Positions 59,253-64,000 of a stretch of DNA of 64,000 nucleotides are shown piece after piece; position 1 is the first letter of the stretch, and every line of letters starts with the position of its first letter. The notes under the pieces are model-generated. The model was not told where the DNA came from, did no database searches, and worked only from the letters and a program-made list of their open reading frames with translations. Source of the stretch: a bacterium (GTDB lineage: Bacteria > Patescibacteriota > Patescibacteriia > UBA10025); the NCBI GenBank assembly GCA_021815445.1, contig JAKAGM010000001.1:595710-659709 (forward strand), given 5' to 3'. A program made the position numbers and the translations under genes.

Positions 59253-60229
59253 AAATAATTTTTAAACGACCCGATCACGTTCGTATCGCCGCGTCCCAAT
59301 GCATTCTCAGTGAATATGGCATATCCGTCATCAGGGAAAATGATGCAACCCTGTTTTGCGCTTAAACACTTCGTACCTATATCCCGTAATTTCCCCCCGA
59401 CCAGAATCTTAGTAATCGTGGAAGGATCTTTGTATACTATTGTACCACATTCATAGTCGGAGTTCCCGCGATAGTTATCTGCCGCACTGTTAAATGAAAC
59501 TGGAAGATCTGCGACCGGCTTAATCGTCGCTTTTCCCCCTTCTTTTGTGCCGACGCAGATGGTTGTCTTTTCCGGTGGTAGGGCCACAGGAGTGCAATCT
59601 TCCCTGAGCTGGCCGCACGTCCATGCGGGCTGTGCTGCAAGGTCTGCCTTGCCCTGGCAGAAAATAAATCCTTCCCAGCCGGCGATTTCCTGGAGTGATT
59701 GCGGGACGGAGGGTACGCTTAAATTTTGGAAACTGACAAGCTGGGGGTTAATGGTATAGAGGATGATATACGAACCGATAGTCAAGGCAAGACCCACCAT
59801 GGCAGATACGATCGTATCTTGCGCGTCCGAAAACTTCTGCTGGTTCCCGAAGCTGAAGACATACTTATACCCTCCATACATCATCATCACTGTGGCCAGG
59901 ATTCCCGCCACTCCCGCAAAGTATTTATAAATGCCCACCATGAAACAGCCGAAATCCTTCACAACATATATCGTTTGGCCGTTCGAATCTTTGCCCGGAT
60001 AGGTCACGCCGGGTATCTGGGTGGAAATTTTGATGTACGTAGGCGACGGAGCTACAGGAGTATATGTCACCCCCTGGACGACCTGAGCCTTTGGCGGCTC
60101 GGAAAAGGGATTGCAGGCGTCCTGCTCTGATACGCTTGCGCCAAAAACGAGCAAGGGAAGGCTTAAAGCAAGAAAGGGCAGGATAACTAGCCCCCGAACT
60201 AACCAGCGTTTGCGAATACGAAATGCCAT
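59243..60229 (-). CDS. secreted protein with VirB2/TrbC-like double-TM module; paralog of the N-terminal half of the 56085-57329 gene
   Basis: YFAGVAGILATVMMMYGGYKYVFSFGNQQKFSDAQDTIVSAMVGLALTIGSYIILYTINPQLVSF is about 80% identical to the module in the 56085-57329 gene. Cys-rich C-terminal domain. Confidence 0.65.
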   Translation of the reverse strand: MAFRIRKRWLVRGLVILPFLALSLPLLVFGASVSEQDACNPFSEPPKAQVVQGVTYTPVAPSPTYIKISTQIPGVTYPGKDSNGQTIYVVKDFGCFMVGIYKYFAGVAGILATVMMMYGGYKYVFSFGNQQKFSDAQDTIVSAMVGLALTIGSYIILYTINPQLVSFQNLSVPSVPQSLQEIAGWEGFIFCQGKADLAAQPAWTCGQLREDCTPVALPPEKTTICVGTKEGGKATIKPVADLPVSFNSAADNYRGNSDYECGTIVYKDPSTITKILVGGKLRDIGTKCLSAKQGCIIFPDDGYAIFTENALGRGDTNVIGSFKNYLCI

Positions 60230-60245
60230 AGAAAGAATGAGTTAG

Positions 60246-61139
60246 CTATTTGCCCGTGATCGCGTCGACAAGTGTTTGGCCGAATATCTTGATAGCGGCG
60301 TCTACCGGGCTTGTCAGTATCCAGATCGTCAGGTAGATAATCCCCCATACCGCGATAGTCATGATAGCTATAATAAGCGTTTTTGACGAACGTACAACAA
60401 GCTCTGGCATGGTAAATGTTGGAATAAACGGCACCTTCACGCCCTGTACATTTACCGTCACAATTCTCCCGTAGAGATAAGCGCCCAGTCGGACCAAATA
60501 CACAATAATGGTAGCGGGCCCTGATATGATGTCGAAATCAACGAACGAAAGCGCAGTATCCTCGAGCGACTCGTGAACCATCCCCCAGCCTTTTCGAGAG
60601 ACCTCCAAAGCGGCCTTGGTAGCGGCGATCTTTACCGCGTCCTCGCCCCCCTCTTCTTCTTTCTGCTGCTGTAGGCGTTGATTTTGTTGGAGCTCTCTGA
60701 GCTCCGCGGCAGGATTTTCTTCTTCAGTCTCAGCTTGCTGATTCACTTCCTGCTCCTCCTGAACCTGTCGGCTCCCCGAATTCTGCTGGCTTTGGGGTGC
60801 CTCCGAGAGTCTGGACGCTTGCTGCCGCTGCCGGCTCATTTCCCTTCCTTTGACGGCTTCCTGATCGGGCGAAAGCGTTTCTTGCTGCGCTTCAGGTGAC
60901 AGTGTTTGGACGACCGGCTCCGGAGCTCGTAATCCTGCCTGGGACTGTCCGTCTCTCGCCTGCCCTGCTGCCGGACTGCCCAGCATTCCGGCCATTAATG
61001 CAGCTTTTCCGAACTTCCCGACTTTACCCGCGCCGAGGCGGGAGAGAAAGGGTTTTCGGCCTTGCTCAGCTTTACGCCGTTTATCCCGGCGCAATTCGTT
61101 GAGCGTGCGCTCCATGCTGACTTCGTCCCCATCAGGCAT
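60246..61139 (-). CDS. membrane protein with Gln/Glu-rich low-complexity N-terminal half and C-terminal TM helices
   Basis: Q/E-rich tract (QQNQRLQQQKEEEGGED), then 2-3 hydrophobic helices. Unknown family. Confidence 0.5.
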   Translation of the reverse strand: MPDGDEVSMERTLNELRRDKRRKAEQGRKPFLSRLGAGKVGKFGKAALMAGMLGSPAAGQARDGQSQAGLRAPEPVVQTLSPEAQQETLSPDQEAVKGREMSRQRQQASRLSEAPQSQQNSGSRQVQEEQEVNQQAETEEENPAAELRELQQNQRLQQQKEEEGGEDAVKIAATKAALEVSRKGWGMVHESLEDTALSFVDFDIISGPATIIVYLVRLGAYLYGRIVTVNVQGVKVPFIPTFTMPELVVRSSKTLIIAIMTIAVWGIIYLTIWILTSPVDAAIKIFGQTLVDAITGK

Positions 61140-61158
61140 AGTAAATTATTTTTTCAAT

Positions 61159-61713
61159 TTACTGTTGGGTTGCTGGCGCCCACTGAGCTTGATCGACTTT
61201 CCATTCTGAACCGACTTTTTTTATTACGACGGTGATATCCTGATAATAGCTGCGCTCGGTATCGCCGGTACGCTCCACCCTCTGCGTCGCCAGGAGATAC
61301 CGGACTTGCTGGTCGGACGCTGTTTCGCTTTTTACCGTCCGGACATACGTTGTCGTCCCGTAGTACGTTTTGTCAGAAGCGGCATTTTGACGCCCCGCCG
61401 TCACCATCTGTTGCGCATATGCCTGTAACGAATCAGTCATCTGGCTGTAGAGATCCTCGACGTTTTGGAACAATGCTTCATTGGAATAGCTTCCGTACCT
61501 CTGGACAAAATTGATAACAAACGCGCGCCGGACAAGAACGTCTTTCTTCGCCGAGTCGCTTTCTGAGGGTTGCGGGGCAGAGGTATTGGTCGGCTGGTTG
61601 AGCGTGTTCGAAACGACCTGAGTGTTGACGCCCGGAGTTTTTTTAGCGCATGCCGTGAGCACGATGCTCAGTGTCACGACGGCAGCGAGGAGCATGAAAC
61701 GGCGGAATACCAT
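61159..61713 (-). CDS. lipoprotein (lipobox LTAC)
   Basis: MVFRRFMLLAAVVTLSIVLTAC lipoprotein signal; 184 aa. Confidence 0.6.
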   Translation of the reverse strand: MVFRRFMLLAAVVTLSIVLTACAKKTPGVNTQVVSNTLNQPTNTSAPQPSESDSAKKDVLVRRAFVINFVQRYGSYSNEALFQNVEDLYSQMTDSLQAYAQQMVTAGRQNAASDKTYYGTTTYVRTVKSETASDQQVRYLLATQRVERTGDTERSYYQDITVVIKKVGSEWKVDQAQWAPATQQ

Positions 61714-61718
61714 ATGGG

Positions 61719-63653
61719 CTAAAAAGGTGTTTCTCCCGTTAAAGGGGGTTCTGCGGCCGTCGGCTCTTCCTGGCCCTGGGTGGCGAGGGATTGCTCGAAC
61801 TCCCGTTTCGCGGCCTCGATCTCGAGCAGCTGCCGCGGATCTGAAGTGATAATCTGGTCCTCCGTATACGACGCCACCACTTTGATAGCCGCATGCTTTG
61901 TCCCGGCGAAAAAGATTCCTTCGCCGACGCCGCTTTCGAGCAGGAGGTACTTTTCGCCCTGGGTGAGCAGGAATGTCTTTGCGACGATGTCTATCGATGC
62001 GGGAGACTGCTTCATGAGCAGCTGTATCGAGGAGTTCGTCACGATGGCCTGCCCGTATGGTGAAAGCAAAAAGTCGTTGACGTCCTGTGTGATTGTCGTG
62101 ATGCCGAGATAGTACTTACGGCATCGCTTGACGAGCGCGTAGATAAACTTGGCGCTGTCTTCGTGCTGCATGAGCCACCACGCCTCATCGATGACGAGCA
62201 AGCGCTTTTTCATCTCGGAACGCACGATGTTCCAAATATAGGAAATGATAGTCGAGATGCCTATAGGCCGCAATTCATCTTCGAGGTCCCTCACGGAGAA
62301 TACAACAAGCTGATTGGTAATCTCGACATTCGTCGGGGAATTGAACAGGCCCGCAAATGTTCCTTCGGTATACTTTTTGAGGCGCAAAGCCAAATCTTCC
62401 CCGCCCTTCATGCCGGCGAGTACGTCGCCAAGATCCCTCATCAGCGGAGACCGCACTTTCGAGAGATCCGCATCGGATGTAATATCATTTTTCGCATACG
62501 CTTCTATAAGCGCGCGGTCGAGAATAGAGTCTTCCTCATGTGACATCTCTCCGAGCATGAGACGGAGGAGGCCTTTGAGGGTGATGACGGCGGAACGGAT
62601 GACGTCGGCTGTCTTCTGGTCGGCCACCTGTTTCGGCAGGTCAAAAGGGTTGATTTTACTTTCTGAATTAAGCGAAATATTGATGTACGTCCCGCCCACG
62701 GCGTCAGAGAGATATTTATATTCGCGTTCGGGGTCGATGATAATGACGTCGGTGCCAAGCATCATGCTCCGCAATACTTCAAGCTTTACGGAATAACTTT
62801 TTCCCGCGCCCGATGTGGCAAAGACTACGCTGTTGGCATTCTGCAGAGAGAAACGGTCAAAAAGGATGAGACTGTTGTTGTGCCTGTTAATCCCGTACAG
62901 GATGCCGTTGTCGGAAGTAAGCTCGGAAGATATGAAAGGAAATGACGATGCACAAGGCGACGTATTCATGTTAAAGGTCACCATGAGCTGGTCATCGGCA
63001 AGCGGCAATGTGGAATTGAACCCCTGTTCGGCCTGGTAATATACCCGCTTGGAGTAGACGAGCTTTTGCCCGAAGAGCGACTCTACTTTTTCCGTTATCC
63101 TGTTGAGATTATCAAGTGAATCGGCGTAGATGGAGACATAGAGCGCGAACTGGAAAAACTTTTCCATCCCCTGGGTCAGGTCGTCGCGGAGCCTTTCTAT
63201 ATCGCGCAGGGCCGTTTCCCGGATTGGATCGCGTGGAGCGCCTTTTTCCGCGTCGGCGAGGATCTGCGCCTCTAGGGCGCCGACCTTGTTGCGGAGCTGC
63301 TTGAGAATGACCTCTGAGCCGACAGGATAAAAGAACATTGCGATGTCAAGCGGGACATTGAGGTTGATCACGGGCGCGAACCATCCGACTGATATGTATC
63401 TCGGGTAGGTGACGACAAAGACGGTTCTCACAAACATCGATCCGAGTTTGAGATGGTTTGATTCTATTTTCATAGCCGCAGGAGCGATCAGGTCGCGCAC
63501 GGAAACCACGCCAAGCCGGTATACGCGCTCGGATTCGAGGGTAAATTTCTTTTCCTCGAGCTCCTGCTGTTTGAGCCGCACGAGCTCCTGCTGGGTCAGC
63601 TGCGGCGCTTCCTCAGTGGGGACGGTGCGAATTTTTTTCGAAAGATTGACCAT
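61719..63653 (-). CDS. virB4: VirB4/TraE/TrbE-family type IV secretion ATPase
   Basis: Walker A VVFATSGAGKSY; CagE/TrbE/VirB4-like length (644 aa); Walker B region LLVIDEAWW. Confidence 0.8.
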   Translation of the reverse strand: MVNLSKKIRTVPTEEAPQLTQQELVRLKQQELEEKKFTLESERVYRLGVVSVRDLIAPAAMKIESNHLKLGSMFVRTVFVVTYPRYISVGWFAPVINLNVPLDIAMFFYPVGSEVILKQLRNKVGALEAQILADAEKGAPRDPIRETALRDIERLRDDLTQGMEKFFQFALYVSIYADSLDNLNRITEKVESLFGQKLVYSKRVYYQAEQGFNSTLPLADDQLMVTFNMNTSPCASSFPFISSELTSDNGILYGINRHNNSLILFDRFSLQNANSVVFATSGAGKSYSVKLEVLRSMMLGTDVIIIDPEREYKYLSDAVGGTYINISLNSESKINPFDLPKQVADQKTADVIRSAVITLKGLLRLMLGEMSHEEDSILDRALIEAYAKNDITSDADLSKVRSPLMRDLGDVLAGMKGGEDLALRLKKYTEGTFAGLFNSPTNVEITNQLVVFSVRDLEDELRPIGISTIISYIWNIVRSEMKKRLLVIDEAWWLMQHEDSAKFIYALVKRCRKYYLGITTITQDVNDFLLSPYGQAIVTNSSIQLLMKQSPASIDIVAKTFLLTQGEKYLLLESGVGEGIFFAGTKHAAIKVVASYTEDQIITSDPRQLLEIEAAKREFEQSLATQGQEEPTAAEPPLTGETPF

Positions 63654-63655
63654 AG

Positions 63656-63967
63656 TTATCCTTCAATGCGTAATTTTCCAACATCGGTGAGCTCCTGCTG
63701 GGTCGCAGTCTCGGGATTGTACGTCTGGTAATACAGCTCGATGAGGCTCTGAGTATCAAGCGGCACCGATTTAATGCCGATCGATGACAGGCCGTCTATG
63801 ACATACTCCGTCCTTTTTTGAAGCTCCTCTTTGAATTCTTCGAACTTCTTTTGCTTGATATGGATGACTGACGTCGGTGAAAGCACATCTCGCACGCGCG
63901 TGAAGAATCCCTGTGTCGTCATCTTTTTCGGCGAATAGGGAACGACGACATAGAATCTCTTGCTCAT
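63656..63967 (-). CDS. small hypothetical protein (103 aa) directly upstream of virB4
   Basis: Start overlaps the preceding gene's stop (ATGA). No TM; unknown. Confidence 0.5.
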   Translation of the reverse strand: MSKRFYVVVPYSPKKMTTQGFFTRVRDVLSPTSVIHIKQKKFEEFKEELQKRTEYVIDGLSSIGIKSVPLDTQSLIELYYQTYNPETATQQELTDVGKLRIEG

Positions 63968-64000
63968 AATTTCGGAAAGCTCGACGAGCTCCGTAATGTA
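63966..64000 (-). CDS. 3' end of a further minus-strand gene running off the window
   Basis: Open frame ...TLRSSSSFPKL* terminating in a TGA that overlaps the ATG at 63967. Confidence 0.3.

Overview
The window reads like a small-genome bacterium, probably Candidate Phyla Radiation / Patescibacteria; this is inferred from gene content (many type IV pilins, few housekeeping genes), not from any database search. It uses the standard genetic code, since ORFs of more than 1600 aa are intact. Scattered housekeeping genes are present: ndk, gatC-gatA, ligA, lemA-htpX, clpC-like, comFC, recG, and four tRNAs (Pro-GGG, Ser-GCT, Ser-TGA, Arg-GCG).

The dominant feature is a roughly 30-kb run of minus-strand genes (about 8.4-40 kb) that looks like a type IV pilus (T4P) / competence-pilus super-locus. 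Its contents are:
- pilM, a PilN carrying a 300-aa Pro-rich insertion, and pilO
- an FN3 protein
- pilB
- a receiver-only response regulator
- a PilT-like ATPase whose Walker A reads GSGRST (Lys to Arg) and whose His box is degenerate
- pilC
- three PilA-like pilins, one immediately followed by an O-antigen-ligase/TPR protein (a pilA-tfpO-like layout)
- prepilin peptidase pilD
- three minor pilins and a PilX_N protein
- upstream, a 1648-aa secreted protein with seven 'WRIEKRRL' beta-propeller blades and BNR/Asp-boxes
- three paralogous 670-720-aa secreted proteins that share an N-terminal module and Cys-rich C-termini

Other notable regions:
- (a) An accessory islet at 3.1-5.3 kb holds three independently terminated small zinc-ribbon-like genes interleaved with three copies of a 60-70-nt conserved repeat.
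- (b) Two homologous structured non-coding RNAs of about 100 nt (42.34-42.48 kb on + and 55.12-55.22 kb on -) show structure-preserving variation. Other hairpin-rich non-coding stretches also occur.
- (c) An AT-richer islet at 46.9-50.1 kb is flanked by tRNA-Ser and tRNA-Arg, with a duplicated tRNA-Ser 3' end beside it. It contains a candidate PARP/diphtheria-toxin-like ADP-ribosyltransferase next to a canonical NUDIX hydrolase.
- (d) A type IV secretion (T4SS)-like cluster at 56-64 kb includes a VirB4-family ATPase, a lytic transglycosylase fused to a VirB2-like double-TM module, a paralogous module protein, DsbA, a PD40 propeller and a lipoprotein.

No CRISPR array, rRNA or transposase was seen.
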